From an uncultured Bacteroidota bacterium (GTDB taxonomy: Bacteria; Bacteroidota; Bacteroidia; JADZBD01): 64,000 bases of DNA. This document shows, in pieces, positions 54,466-64,000 of this stretch. The notes below the pieces were generated by a model. It worked only from the letters and a program-made list of their open reading frames with translations. It was not told the DNA's origin and made no database searches. Position 1 is the first letter of the stretch. The number at the start of each line of letters is the position of its first letter. The translations under genes and the position numbers were made by a program. The stretch is from assembly GCA_937924855.1 (NCBI GenBank), contig CALEYQ010000043.1, forward strand, positions 2,263 through 66,262, written 5' to 3'.

Positions 54466-55245
54466 ATGGCCTTTAAAAATCTTCTTACTAAAACAGAAAA
54501 CGGCAATTTCTATATTACGATTAATCGTCCCGATAAATTAAATGCGCTTAACCGGGAAACCGTTGCAGAGTTGGGGCAGGCCATTGTGGCCGCCAAAAAT
54601 GACCCTGATGCCCGTGTGGTAATTATTACGGGAGCGGGAAACAAATCCTTCGTGGCAGGGGCAGATATAAACGAGTTTGTTGGCCTCAGCCCCAAAGAAG
54701 GGATGGAAATGGCAAAAAAAGGACAGGACGTTTTTTCTCAGTTCGAAACCTGCCCAAAGCCGGTTATTGCCGCCGTAAACGGATTTGCCCTCGGTGGTGG
54801 TTGCGAACTGGCCATGGCTTGTCACATTCGTATTGCTGCTGAAAACGCCCGCTTCGGACAACCGGAAGTTAACCTTGGGCTAATAGCCGGCTACGGAGGC
54901 ACTCAGCGTCTTACCCAACTCCTTGGAAAGGGTCGTTCCCTGGAATTTCATCTAACCGCCGATCAGATTCCGGCACAGAAAGCCCTCGAGTTTGGCTTGG
55001 TCTCCTATGTAGTTCCCCAGGAGCAATTGCTCGAAGCGGCCGAAAAACTTGCGGAAAAGCTCAAAGGAAAATCTCCCGCTTCCCTTGCCGGAGTAATTGC
55101 TTCGGTCAATGCGTTTTTTAAAGAAGGCCATAAAGGTTATGATCGGGAAATTGAGGCGTTTGGAACCTGTTTTGAGACCGACGATTTTGCAGAAGGCGTT
55201 TCTGCATTCCGCGAAAAAAGAAACCCGGTATTCAAAGGAAAATAG
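54466..55245 (+). CDS. Enoyl-CoA hydratase/isomerase (crotonase) family protein
   Basis: ITINRPDKLNALN, VVIITGAGNKSFVAGADI, AAVNGFALGGGCELAMACH and GQPEVNLGL. Confidence 0.9.
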   Translation: MAFKNLLTKTENGNFYITINRPDKLNALNRETVAELGQAIVAAKNDPDARVVIITGAGNKSFVAGADINEFVGLSPKEGMEMAKKGQDVFSQFETCPKPVIAAVNGFALGGGCELAMACHIRIAAENARFGQPEVNLGLIAGYGGTQRLTQLLGKGRSLEFHLTADQIPAQKALEFGLVSYVVPQEQLLEAAEKLAEKLKGKSPASLAGVIASVNAFFKEGHKGYDREIEAFGTCFETDDFAEGVSAFREKRNPVFKGK

Positions 55246-55295
55246 TTTCCTTCGAACCCAAATAATATTTCCGCCTGAAAGCCGCCCTCAAATCA

Positions 55296-56795
55296 TTGCT
55301 TGGTCAAACAGCTGTCTATGGCACAAGCACCATTATCGGGCGATTGCTGAACTATTTACTCGTTCCCCTCTATACCTACCAGTTTACCAACCCGGCAGAC
55401 TACGGTGTAAACAATGAGTTTTACGCTTACATCTCCTTTCTGAATATTTTGTTTACCTACGGAATGGAAACCGCATTGTTCAGGTTTTCCAGAACCGAAA
55501 GCCGGCCCGAGCCGGTTTATGCAACAGCCGTTACCGCACTGGTTGTTTCCTCGGTGCTCTTTGTGGCGCCTGTTTTTCTTTTTCCTGGTGCCTTGTCCGA
55601 CTTCCTGGGATACCCCGGGAAAAGTGTTTATGTGGTTTGGGTGGGAATTATTCTGTTTACCGATGCCCTTTGCGCCATTCCCTTTGCGGCGCTCCGGCAG
55701 GAAAACCGTGCTCTCCGCTTTGCAGGGTTGAAGTTTGGAAATATTATTATCAATATTGGTCTGAACCTTTTTTTCATCGGTTACTGTAAAACCCTCTATG
55801 AAAAGGTGCTGGCTGGTGAAGAGACCGCGGGGTTTTTTTCAGGCCTGTATAATCCTGATATAGGTATTGGATATGTTTTCATAAGCAATGGCATTGCCAA
55901 TCTGGTTACTCTGTTTTTTTTAATGCCTAAAATATACGCCTCCGGCTTCCGGTTTAACCCTTCTCTTTTCCGCCGGATGTTGAAATACAGCGCCCCCCTC
56001 ATTGTGGTTGGCCTGGCAGGAATGGTTAACGAAACACTCGACCGTATTTTAATAAAATATCTGAGTCCCGGCGACCGGGGATTGTCGGAACTGGGAATCT
56101 ACGGAGCCTGTTATAAAATTCCGGTATTAATGACCATTTTCATTCAGGCCTTTCGGTATGCCGCAGAGCCATTTTTCTTTTCTTATACCGGAAAAAAGGA
56201 AGGTCCGGAAATTTTTTCAATGGTGATGACCTTTTTCGTGATTGCCGCTTCGGTGGTGTTTTTGGGAACCCTGTTAAATCTATCCTGGATTCAATATTTC
56301 ATCGGCTCTTCATATCGCGAAGGCTTGCACATCGTTCCTGTTTTGTTGCTCGCCAACTGGTTTCTGGGAATTTATTACAACATTTCAATCTGGTACAAAA
56401 TCTCCGGAAAAACCGGCTATGGAGCGCTCATTACCATTGCAGGGGCTGTTTTGACATTGATCATCAACCTTAGCCTCATTCCTGTTTTCGGGTATGTGGC
56501 GGCAGCCTGGGCAACCCTGGTCTGTTATGCCGGCATGATGATGCTGGTTTGGCATTTGGGGAATAAACATTTTCCTGTTAATTATGATTCCAAAAGAATT
56601 TGGGGATACCTTGTCATATCTGTAGTTTTGTATCTGATAAGCTTATTGTTGCCGGAGGGGCCCGGAAAAACCGAATTGATTTTTAAAAACCTCCTTTTGC
56701 TGCTCTTTCTGGCAGGAGTTTGGAAATTTGAAAAAACAAGAGTTTTTGCCCGTTTGAAAAAAACACTGACGCATGATCAAAATAAAAATAATTAA
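55296..56795 (+). CDS. MOP-superfamily polysaccharide/oligosaccharide flippase (Wzx-like)
   Basis: 499 aa with ~14 TM helices. The N-terminus is [28 protein letters not shown] start; conserved-looking residues (LKS) lie just upstream without a canonical start codon. Confidence 0.7.
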   Translation: MLGQTAVYGTSTIIGRLLNYLLVPLYTYQFTNPADYGVNNEFYAYISFLNILFTYGMETALFRFSRTESRPEPVYATAVTALVVSSVLFVAPVFLFPGALSDFLGYPGKSVYVVWVGIILFTDALCAIPFAALRQENRALRFAGLKFGNIIINIGLNLFFIGYCKTLYEKVLAGEETAGFFSGLYNPDIGIGYVFISNGIANLVTLFFLMPKIYASGFRFNPSLFRRMLKYSAPLIVVGLAGMVNETLDRILIKYLSPGDRGLSELGIYGACYKIPVLMTIFIQAFRYAAEPFFFSYTGKKEGPEIFSMVMTFFVIAASVVFLGTLLNLSWIQYFIGSSYREGLHIVPVLLLANWFLGIYYNISIWYKISGKTGYGALITIAGAVLTLIINLSLIPVFGYVAAAWATLVCYAGMMMLVWHLGNKHFPVNYDSKRIWGYLVISVVLYLISLLLPEGPGKTELIFKNLLLLLFLAGVWKFEKTRVFARLKKTLTHDQNKNN

Positions 56796-57210
56796 CCGCT
56801 CAGGAAATCCGGCTCCCGAATACGCAACCCCGGGAAGCGCAGGCATGGACCTCCGGGCAAATCTCGACGCCCCGCTGGTACTAAAACCCATGGAAAGAGC
56901 CCTGGTTCCCACCGGCCTTTTTATTGAAATTCCCGCCGGCTTCGAAGCTCAGATACGACCCCGGAGCGGACTGGCGGCAAAACATGGAATAACCGTGCTG
57001 AACAGCCCCGGAACCATTGATTCGGATTATCGCGGTGAAATAAAAGTAATTCTGGCTAATCTTTCACAGGACCCTTTTGAATTGGCGAATGGCGAGCGGG
57101 TGGCTCAAATGGTGCTGGCCCGCCACGAAACAGTAGTTTGGGAAAATGCAGAGGTTCTTGAAAACACAAGCCGAAGCGAAGGAGGCTTTGGAAGCACCGG
57201 GAAAAAATAA
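56773..57210 (+). CDS. dut: dUTP diphosphatase
   Basis: [31 protein letters not shown] and [10 protein letters not shown]. Confidence 0.95.
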   Translation: MIKIKIINRSGNPAPEYATPGSAGMDLRANLDAPLVLKPMERALVPTGLFIEIPAGFEAQIRPRSGLAAKHGITVLNSPGTIDSDYRGEIKVILANLSQDPFELANGERVAQMVLARHETVVWENAEVLENTSRSEGGFGSTGKK

Positions 57211-57234
57211 ACTGAGAAAACGAAAAACTGCTTT

Positions 57235-58242
57235 ATGAATATTGTTGTGCCGATGGCCGGAATGGGCAAAAGAATGAGGCCTCATACCCTAACCACCCCT
57301 AAGCCGCTCCTGAAAGTTGCCGGAAAGCCCATGGTTCAGCGTTTGGTAGAAGACATTGCCAGAGTAACCGATGAAAAAATTGATGAGATCGCATTTGTCG
57401 TTGGCCGCTTCGGCGCTGAAGCAGAAAATCATTTGATAGACGTTGCCCGAAGCCTGGGGGCGAAAGGCAGTATTTATTATCAGGACGAGCCCCTGGGAAC
57501 CGCTCACGCCATACTTTGTGCTTCTCCCTGCCTGAAGGGAAAAACCGTGGTTGCTTTCGCCGATACCCTTTTCAAGGCCGATTTTAAAATGGATTCATCT
57601 TCACAGGGCACCATCTGGGTTCAAAAAATAGAAAATCCGGAACAGTTCGGTGTGGTAAAAATTTCAAATGATGGCTTTATTTCAGACTTTGTTGAAAAAC
57701 CAAAAACTTTTGTTTCCGACCTGGCCATTATTGGAATTTATTATTTCGCCGACGGGGAAAACCTTAAAAAAGAGTTACAATACCTTATCGACAACAATAT
57801 TAAAGACAAGGGGGAGTTCCAGTTAACAAACGCCCTGGAAAACATGAAAAAAAAGGGAATGAAATTTGTGCCGGGAAAGGTAAGCGAATGGCTCGACTGC
57901 GGAAACAAAGACGCCACCCTGCATACCAATGCAAGGATTCTTGACTTTGTAAAAACCGCCGAAAAGCTGGTTGCCGAAAGCGCTGTTATGAAAGACTCAG
58001 AGTTGATTCAACCTTGTTATGTCGGACCCGGAGCCATAATCTCCGGCTCTAAAATTGGTCCTAATGTTTCGGTGGGAGCCAATACCAAAATTTCGAACAG
58101 CACCATTTCAAATTCCATCGTTGGCGAACAGTGCGTTCTGGTGGATGCTACCCTTTCGAACTCGATGTTGGGAAATTTTGTTGAATATTCCGGAGCTTGT
58201 TCCAACGCAAGCCTGGGCGATTATTGCACACATAAAAATTGA
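57235..58242 (+). CDS. Sugar-phosphate nucleotidyltransferase with C-terminal left-handed beta-helix
   Basis: VVPMAGMGKRMRPHTLTTPKPLL at the N-terminus. The C-terminus has hexapeptide-like repeats (IGPNVSVGANTKISNSTISNSIVGE). Confidence 0.8.
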   Translation: MNIVVPMAGMGKRMRPHTLTTPKPLLKVAGKPMVQRLVEDIARVTDEKIDEIAFVVGRFGAEAENHLIDVARSLGAKGSIYYQDEPLGTAHAILCASPCLKGKTVVAFADTLFKADFKMDSSSQGTIWVQKIENPEQFGVVKISNDGFISDFVEKPKTFVSDLAIIGIYYFADGENLKKELQYLIDNNIKDKGEFQLTNALENMKKKGMKFVPGKVSEWLDCGNKDATLHTNARILDFVKTAEKLVAESAVMKDSELIQPCYVGPGAIISGSKIGPNVSVGANTKISNSTISNSIVGEQCVLVDATLSNSMLGNFVEYSGACSNASLGDYCTHKN

Positions 58243-59975
58243 AGTTTTTAACCTATACGCTACTCTTTGCGGCCATACTCTTTGGCGGATCCTGCTCGCT
58301 AGGGAAGAAAAAAACAGCCCAAAAAACTCCGGTTAAAAATCCTCCAACCGCTTACGACAAAAGAAAGTTCGATTACCTTTTTGTTGAAGGGCTCAAAGAA
58401 AAAATGAACGGGAATTATCCCGAAGCCATTGAGCGCTTTCAAAAATGCATTACGGCCAATGGAGATATTTCTGCCCCCTATTATGAAATTGCCCGCATTT
58501 TGCACCAGGTAGGAAAAGATGTAGACGCCATCCCCTATGCCAAAAAAGCCTCAGCCCTGGAGCCTGAAAACATGTGGTATCAATTGCTGCTGGCCGAGTG
58601 CTATAAAAACATCAGAAAATATTCCGAGGCTGCAGGGGTTTATAACAAGCTTATCAATAGTCATCCCGAAAAACTAACCCTTTACTACGATCTTGCGTAC
58701 TTATATATGGCTGCCGGAAAACCGGGCGATGCGGTAGACGCTTATAACAAAATAGAGTCGAAAATCGGAATCACGGAAGACATCTCCCTGGCCAAGCAAA
58801 AAATCTGGATGCGCAATGCCAATTACAACAAGGCTGCCGCAGAAGTTCAACAACTCATAAATGCCTTTCCGAAGGAGGCACGTTACTATGTTATCCTTGG
58901 AACCGTTTACTCCTCAGCAAAACAAAAAGAAAAGGCGCTGGAAGCTTATCTGAAGGCAGTGGAAACCGATCCTGAATACGGACAGGCCTATTTATACCTC
59001 CACGACCATTACCGTGGCCAGGACAATAAGGAAAAAGCTTTTGAAGAGCTGAAAAAAGCCTTTCGGAGCCCTTCCGTTTCCGTAGACACAAAAACCAAAA
59101 TTGTGCTTGCCTATTTCGAGGAAATGGATCTAAATAAAGAGTTAAAAAAAGATGCCGACACGCTGATTCAGATTATGTTTGAGGTTCATCCCGACGACGC
59201 AAGGACACACACCATAAAAGGCGATTTTCTCTACAAGGAAAAAAAATATGCAGATGCCCGCGAATCGTTTCGTCAGGCGCTTGCTCTTGATAAAAGCCGG
59301 TATCCCATCTGGCATCAGGTAATGCTGCTCGATTCCCAGCTTGATGATTATGCCTCACTTGAAAAAACAGCCAAAGAAGCCCGCGACCTTTTTCCCAACG
59401 AGCCCGTGCCTTATCTTTTTTACGGGGCCACCCTCTCGCAACGAAAAAGTTATGCCGACGCCATTGACGTGTTGAACGAGGGAAGAGTTCTTGTGTTTAA
59501 CAATCCTGGGCTGCTTTCCCAGTTCTACACCTATCTCGGCGACGCTTATAATAAGCTGGGCAATCATGTAAAGTCTGACGAAAGTTTCGACAAGGCCCTT
59601 GCCCTGGATCCGGAAAATGCTACGGTATTGAACAACTATGCTTACTTTCTTTCTTTGCGTGGGGTAAGCCTTGAAAAAGCCCTTAAAATGAGCGAAAAAG
59701 CCAATAGAATTTCGCCTGATTCCCCCAGCTTCCAGGATACCCACGGCTGGGTGCTTTTTAAAATGGGAAAGTATTCCGAAGCTAAAAAATGGATTGAAAA
59801 AGCCATCGAAGCAGGCGGTGAAAAAAATCCAACGCTGCTGGAACACATGGGTGATGTTTTGTTCCAACTGGGAGAAAAATCAGAGGCGCTTAAATACTGG
59901 GAAAAAGCCCGCGACGCAGGCGGGTCTTCCGATGCGCTAAAGAAAAAAATCTCCGAAAAAAAGTATTTCGAATGA
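58239..59975 (+). CDS. TPR-repeat lipoprotein
   Basis: TTG start inside a TTGA overlap, lipobox LFGGSC, and at least 10 TPR-like units. Confidence 0.7.
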   Translation: MKFLTYTLLFAAILFGGSCSLGKKKTAQKTPVKNPPTAYDKRKFDYLFVEGLKEKMNGNYPEAIERFQKCITANGDISAPYYEIARILHQVGKDVDAIPYAKKASALEPENMWYQLLLAECYKNIRKYSEAAGVYNKLINSHPEKLTLYYDLAYLYMAAGKPGDAVDAYNKIESKIGITEDISLAKQKIWMRNANYNKAAAEVQQLINAFPKEARYYVILGTVYSSAKQKEKALEAYLKAVETDPEYGQAYLYLHDHYRGQDNKEKAFEELKKAFRSPSVSVDTKTKIVLAYFEEMDLNKELKKDADTLIQIMFEVHPDDARTHTIKGDFLYKEKKYADARESFRQALALDKSRYPIWHQVMLLDSQLDDYASLEKTAKEARDLFPNEPVPYLFYGATLSQRKSYADAIDVLNEGRVLVFNNPGLLSQFYTYLGDAYNKLGNHVKSDESFDKALALDPENATVLNNYAYFLSLRGVSLEKALKMSEKANRISPDSPSFQDTHGWVLFKMGKYSEAKKWIEKAIEAGGEKNPTLLEHMGDVLFQLGEKSEALKYWEKARDAGGSSDALKKKISEKKYFE

Positions 59976-60865
59976 GTGTGCGAAACCCATTGTTTTTGCT
60001 TTTGCTTGTTTCGCTTCCCTTTTTTCTGGATTCCTGCCGCTCGCGAAGACTGAAAAAAAAGACAACTACTGAGAAAGCGCCCCAGGCCGATTCGCTCGAC
60101 AAATGCCGGCTTCCGCTTAAGTCATCAAAAGCCCTTTCCTCTCTGATGAAAAAGCATGAGTTTTCCTTTACAACGCTTTCCGGAAAATTCGATGCCAACC
60201 TTACCGTAGATGGCAAAAAAAATGAGTTTTCCGTGGCCTTCCGGATGCAAAAAGACAGCGTTATCTGGATGTCAATCATCGACCCCTTAATTGGAGCCGT
60301 AGAGGCAGCCCGGTTGCTACTTACCCGCGACTCCATAAAAATGATGGACCGGATAAACAACCGTGCCTTTATCGGTTCCTACGATACTATTTCCTCTCTT
60401 TTAAACACCGAAATAGATTTTGAGCTTTTGCAATCCATCCTCATTGGAAACAGCGTGGAATTTTATGAGGAAGAAAGCAAACTAAAGCCGGGAGTAGATC
60501 GCGGCCATTGCCTTTATATGCTTGGAACCATCCGCAAAAGGAAAGTCCGAAAAGTTATGGACGGCCATAAGGAGCCGCGCGACCCCGTGCAAAGTATCTG
60601 GATCCGGGACGGTTCTTTTAAAATTTCACGCATTTACTTTACCGACCAGGAAACCAGCCGCACCTTTGATGCACATTACGACAAGTTTGAAAAGGTAGAT
60701 TCTCTTCTTTTTCCTTTTCAGTCCGTGTTTTTTGCCAAAGCAAATGCAAACATCGAAATGCGGTTTTCGTATAAACGGGTCAATTCCGGAAAAGAACAAA
60801 GCTTCCCTTTTAATATTCCTTCCGGGTATGAAATAATCCGAAAAAAGGTTCCCAATGGCAAGTAA
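59972..60865 (+). CDS. DUF4292-like (LolB-fold-like) lipoprotein
   Basis: ATGA overlap with the upstream gene and lipobox FFLDSC. The size and the position between a TPR protein and an EnvC-like M23 protein are as in many Bacteroidota. The family call is from memory. Confidence 0.5.
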   Translation: MSVRNPLFLLLLVSLPFFLDSCRSRRLKKKTTTEKAPQADSLDKCRLPLKSSKALSSLMKKHEFSFTTLSGKFDANLTVDGKKNEFSVAFRMQKDSVIWMSIIDPLIGAVEAARLLLTRDSIKMMDRINNRAFIGSYDTISSLLNTEIDFELLQSILIGNSVEFYEEESKLKPGVDRGHCLYMLGTIRKRKVRKVMDGHKEPRDPVQSIWIRDGSFKISRIYFTDQETSRTFDAHYDKFEKVDSLLFPFQSVFFAKANANIEMRFSYKRVNSGKEQSFPFNIPSGYEIIRKKVPNGK

Positions 60866-62120
60866 AACAAGCCGGTTTGTATTTGTTTTTCTGTTGCTCC
60901 TGGTGCTCATAGCAGGACAGGCCGTGCTGCATTCCTTTCCGGGAAACCAAAACCAGGAAAAAAAGAAGGCGCTTGAGGAAAAGAAAAAGAAATTGCAGCA
61001 GGAAATAGCATACAACAAAAAGCTGCTGGAAACCATTAAGGGCGACCGGAAAAAATCCTTGTTACAGCTCGCCATTCTGAACAACAAGATTAAGGACCGG
61101 GAAGAACTAATTAAAACACTGGCTTCTGAAATTTCGGTTCTCAACAACCAGATTTCCGAGACAAAAACATCCATCCGGCAAACCGAGGATCAGATACAGG
61201 ACTTAAAAGAAGAATATGCACAGATGGTGGTCCTTGCCTACAAAAACAGAAATTCTTACGACCGCCTGATGTTTATTTTTGCCTCCGATGATTTTAACCA
61301 GGCCTACAAACGGCTAAAATATTTCGAAGAGTATTCCCACCACCGAAAATTGCGGGCAAAAGAACTGGATCAATTCCGGCAAATTTTATCCTCAAAGGTT
61401 CAGGACCTGGAGGCCAAAAGAAAAGAGCATGCTAAATTGCTGGGAGAAAATGAATCTGAAAAAAATGCCCTTGCCGGCGAAAAGGAAGAAAAAGTGGGCC
61501 TGATTTCATCCCTCAAAAACAAGGAAAAAGAACTTCAGGACGAGGTAAAGCAAAAAAACCTGCAAGCCCTGAAAATCAAAAAAGAAATCGATAAAATCAT
61601 TGAGGAGGAACTAAAAAAACTGCAACCCAAAAAACCAAAGGCGGGCGACAACAAAAAGCCCGTGGCTCCTAAAATTACCCTTACCCCGGAGGAGGAATTG
61701 GTTAACTCAGGGTTTGAAGGAAACCGGGGGAAATTGCCCTGGCCTACCCGGGAAGGAGTAATAACCCAGTATTTCGGAACCTACCAGCATCCGGAAGTGC
61801 CCGGCGTTGAGTTGAATAATAATGGCATAGACATTACCACCAACAAAGGCGCCGAAATCAGAGCCATTTATGATGGAGAAGTTGTAGTGGCAGGAGCCCT
61901 GGGTGGAATTCCAGGAATGGTAATAATCATTAAGCACGGCGAGTATTTTTCAGTATATCAGGGCCTTGAGTCGGTCTCGGTAAAAAAGGGCGACAAAGTA
62001 AAAACCAAGCAGAGCATTGGAAAGGCTTTTACCGACGATGATAATAAAACCGGGGTTCATTTTGAACTATATAAAGGAAAACTCCTGCTGAATCCACAGC
62101 ACTGGATTTCAAAAGGCTGA
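60855..62120 (+). CDS. EnvC-like coiled-coil M23 peptidase / murein hydrolase activator
   Basis: Signal peptide, a ~250-aa coiled coil, and a C-terminal M23-like domain ([21 protein letters not shown]...[11 protein letters not shown]...HFELYKG). Confidence 0.8.
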   Translation: MASKTSRFVFVFLLLLVLIAGQAVLHSFPGNQNQEKKKALEEKKKKLQQEIAYNKKLLETIKGDRKKSLLQLAILNNKIKDREELIKTLASEISVLNNQISETKTSIRQTEDQIQDLKEEYAQMVVLAYKNRNSYDRLMFIFASDDFNQAYKRLKYFEEYSHHRKLRAKELDQFRQILSSKVQDLEAKRKEHAKLLGENESEKNALAGEKEEKVGLISSLKNKEKELQDEVKQKNLQALKIKKEIDKIIEEELKKLQPKKPKAGDNKKPVAPKITLTPEEELVNSGFEGNRGKLPWPTREGVITQYFGTYQHPEVPGVELNNNGIDITTNKGAEIRAIYDGEVVVAGALGGIPGMVIIIKHGEYFSVYQGLESVSVKKGDKVKTKQSIGKAFTDDDNKTGVHFELYKGKLLLNPQHWISKG

Positions 62121-62158
62121 TAATAAAATTCGTATCTTCGTACCATAAAATAAATGCC

Positions 62159-62347
62159 ATGTTTAATCCTGTTTTTCTCTGGTCTTTAGGAACCACCGAA
62201 ATTATCCTGATTGTTGTTGTTATTCTGTTAATGTTCGGAGGCAAAAAAATTCCGGAGCTTATGCGCGGCCTGGGTCAGGGAATGAAGGAATTTAAAGACG
62301 CTTCCCGTGCCGAGAAAAAGGAAGAAAAGCCTTCGGGAGACAAGTAA
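62159..62347 (+). CDS. tatA: Twin-arginine translocase subunit TatA/E
   Basis: 62 aa. The sequence includes [36 protein letters not shown]. Confidence 0.92.
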   Translation: MFNPVFLWSLGTTEIILIVVVILLMFGGKKIPELMRGLGQGMKEFKDASRAEKKEEKPSGDK

Positions 62348-62361
62348 GTTTCGCGGCAAAA

Positions 62362-63804
62362 ATGTTCCCTTCATATTTTGAAACCAGAGAGGCTCTGCTT
62401 TCAGGAAAAACTACCTGCCGTAAGCTCGTAGCACATTACCTGCAAAGAGGGCATGATCATGCCGCTCAAAATATTTTTCTCGAGTTGTTTCAGGAGTCGG
62501 CCACGGAAAGGGCCCGGGTTCTGGATGAAAAACTTGCCCAGGGAAAACCCCCGGGCAGGCTGTTTGGCTTTGTCATTGCCCTGAAAGACAATATTGTTTT
62601 CCGCGGACACAAATGCTCTGCCTCTTCGCGAATTCTCGAGGGTTTTGTGTCGCCCTATTCCGCAACCGCCGTTGAGCGCCTGCTCAACGAAGATGCGATA
62701 ATAATCGGCCGTACCAATTGCGACGAATTTGCCATGGGAAGTTCCAATGAAAATTCTGCTTTTGGTCCGGTTTTACATCCTCCCGGCACCCAAAAAGTTC
62801 CCGGAGGCTCTTCCGGAGGCAGCGCAGCTGCCGTGGCCACCGGATCATGTCTCGGAGCCCTCGGAAGCGATACCGGCGGATCTATTCGTCAGCCCGCGTC
62901 CTTTTGCGGAGTAGTTGGACTTAAGCCCGGGTATGGAAGAATTTCCCGTTATGGCCTTATTGCCTATGGTTCTTCGTTTGACCAGATCGGTCCACTGACC
63001 CATAATGTAAGTGATGCTGCACTTCTTCTTGAGGTAATGGCAGGCGCCGATGATTATGATAGCACGGCTTCCACAGAAAATGTTCCATCCTATGCTGAGT
63101 CGATTCAACAATCAGCGCAAAAAAAGTCTCCGGTTCGCATCGGTGTAATAAAAGCCTGCCTCGACCATCCTTCCCTCGACAAGGAAATAAAAGAAAAAAC
63201 CCTGGACCTGATTAATGCATTGAAGCGTGAGGGCCATCAAATAAACTACCTTGATTTTCCATATCTCGAATACCTGGTTCCCACCTATTATGTACTTACT
63301 ACTGCCGAGGCATCTTCGAATCTGGCCCGATACGACGGCATCAGGTATGGATTCAGGAGTCCGGACGCAAAAGGCCTGGAAGACACTTATAAAAAAACCC
63401 GCTCGGCCGGGTTTGGTCCTGAGGTAAAGCGGCGGATAATGTTAGGAACCTTTGTGCTGAGCTCCGGATATTATGATGCCTACTATTCCCGGGCACAAAA
63501 AGTGAGGCGAAAAATCAGTCAATGGGCGGAAAAGGCATTCAAAGAAAACGACCTTCTCTTCTCCCCTACTTCTCCCGGAACCGCCTTTGAAGCCGGAGCG
63601 ATTAAAGACCCCGTAAAGATGTATCTTGAAGACATCTACACCGTTTTAGCCAACCTGTACGGAGGGCCGGCCATATCCCTTCCATTGTATAAAAACAGTT
63701 CTGATTCTCCCTTTGGAATGCAGTTTATGGCTAAAATGGGTGACGAGGCCCCGCTTCTTTCATTTGCCTGTTCTTTGGAAGCCTCTGGTTTTCAACAAAA
63801 TTGA
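62362..63804 (+). CDS. gatA: Asp-tRNA(Asn)/Glu-tRNA(Gln) amidotransferase subunit A
   Basis: Amidase signature GGSSGGSAAAVA..GSDTGGSIRQPA, and a 480-aa GatA layout. Confidence 0.93.
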   Translation: MFPSYFETREALLSGKTTCRKLVAHYLQRGHDHAAQNIFLELFQESATERARVLDEKLAQGKPPGRLFGFVIALKDNIVFRGHKCSASSRILEGFVSPYSATAVERLLNEDAIIIGRTNCDEFAMGSSNENSAFGPVLHPPGTQKVPGGSSGGSAAAVATGSCLGALGSDTGGSIRQPASFCGVVGLKPGYGRISRYGLIAYGSSFDQIGPLTHNVSDAALLLEVMAGADDYDSTASTENVPSYAESIQQSAQKKSPVRIGVIKACLDHPSLDKEIKEKTLDLINALKREGHQINYLDFPYLEYLVPTYYVLTTAEASSNLARYDGIRYGFRSPDAKGLEDTYKKTRSAGFGPEVKRRIMLGTFVLSSGYYDAYYSRAQKVRRKISQWAEKAFKENDLLFSPTSPGTAFEAGAIKDPVKMYLEDIYTVLANLYGGPAISLPLYKNSSDSPFGMQFMAKMGDEAPLLSFACSLEASGFQQN

Positions 63805-63913
63805 TTGGATAATTCGGGCTCCTGCCCCGGCCTGGGCCAAAAGCTAATTTTTAATTTTGAGATTGTGCGGATTTTAAGTCAAACCTTTATTTTCGTCTCC
63901 CGTTAAAACGCTT

Positions 63914-64000
63914 ATGTTTCCCTGTGCCCGCCTTTGTGTTGTTTTGCTTCTGACCGGAATACTTGGTTTCGGCTCCGGGAAGTTGTACGGGCAAAAAGAG
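63914..64000 (+). CDS. 5' fragment of a secreted protein gene that runs off the window
   Basis: ATG at 63914 followed by 29 open codons, MFPCARLCVVLLLTGILGFGSGKLYGQKE (signal-peptide-like). Too short to classify. Confidence 0.3.
   Translation, partial: MFPCARLCVVLLLTGILGFGSGKLYGQKE

Overview
This 64-kb segment looks like chromosomal DNA from a Bacteroidota genome. Supporting signs are T9SS type A and type B C-terminal sorting domains, SprE/PorW-like and PorZ-like genes, an atpBEFHAG operon without atpDC, and TAnnTTTG-type -7 boxes 10-47 nt upstream of several start codons. The window holds about 58 tightly packed protein genes and one tRNA-Arg(CCG). Most are housekeeping: F-type ATP synthase, recO, plsC, kup, rnr, dxr, rseP, dut, tatA, gatA, ferritin, a SulP transporter with beta-carbonic anhydrase, an ALDH7-type dehydrogenase, a crotonase, and M42, M28 and two M23 peptidases. 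Envelope and T9SS content includes two large adhesin-like proteins with type B sorting domains; one of them (1..2460, minus strand) is missing from the supplied ORF track and was found by hand translation. It also includes a type-A-sorted CXXCH protein, three GT-C-like polytopic membrane proteins, and a translationally coupled flippase-to-EnvC-like operon. I saw no transposase, integrase, CRISPR array, reverse transcriptase or recognisable defence gene. I do not see an unambiguous novel system. The best candidates are: (1) a YfiR-like (DUF4154) / secreted TPR-like / HAMP-SpoIIE phosphatase three-gene module directly upstream of a T9SS adhesin; (2) an operon pairing a T9SS-exported CXXCH protein, a CX4CH cytochrome-like lipoprotein and a TauE exporter, with slippage-prone T8/T11 tracts in the first gene; (3) a second TPR-SpoIIE sensor phosphatase lying between dxr and rseP. 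All family assignments come from motif recognition by eye. No HMM or BLAST search was run, so they need confirmation.
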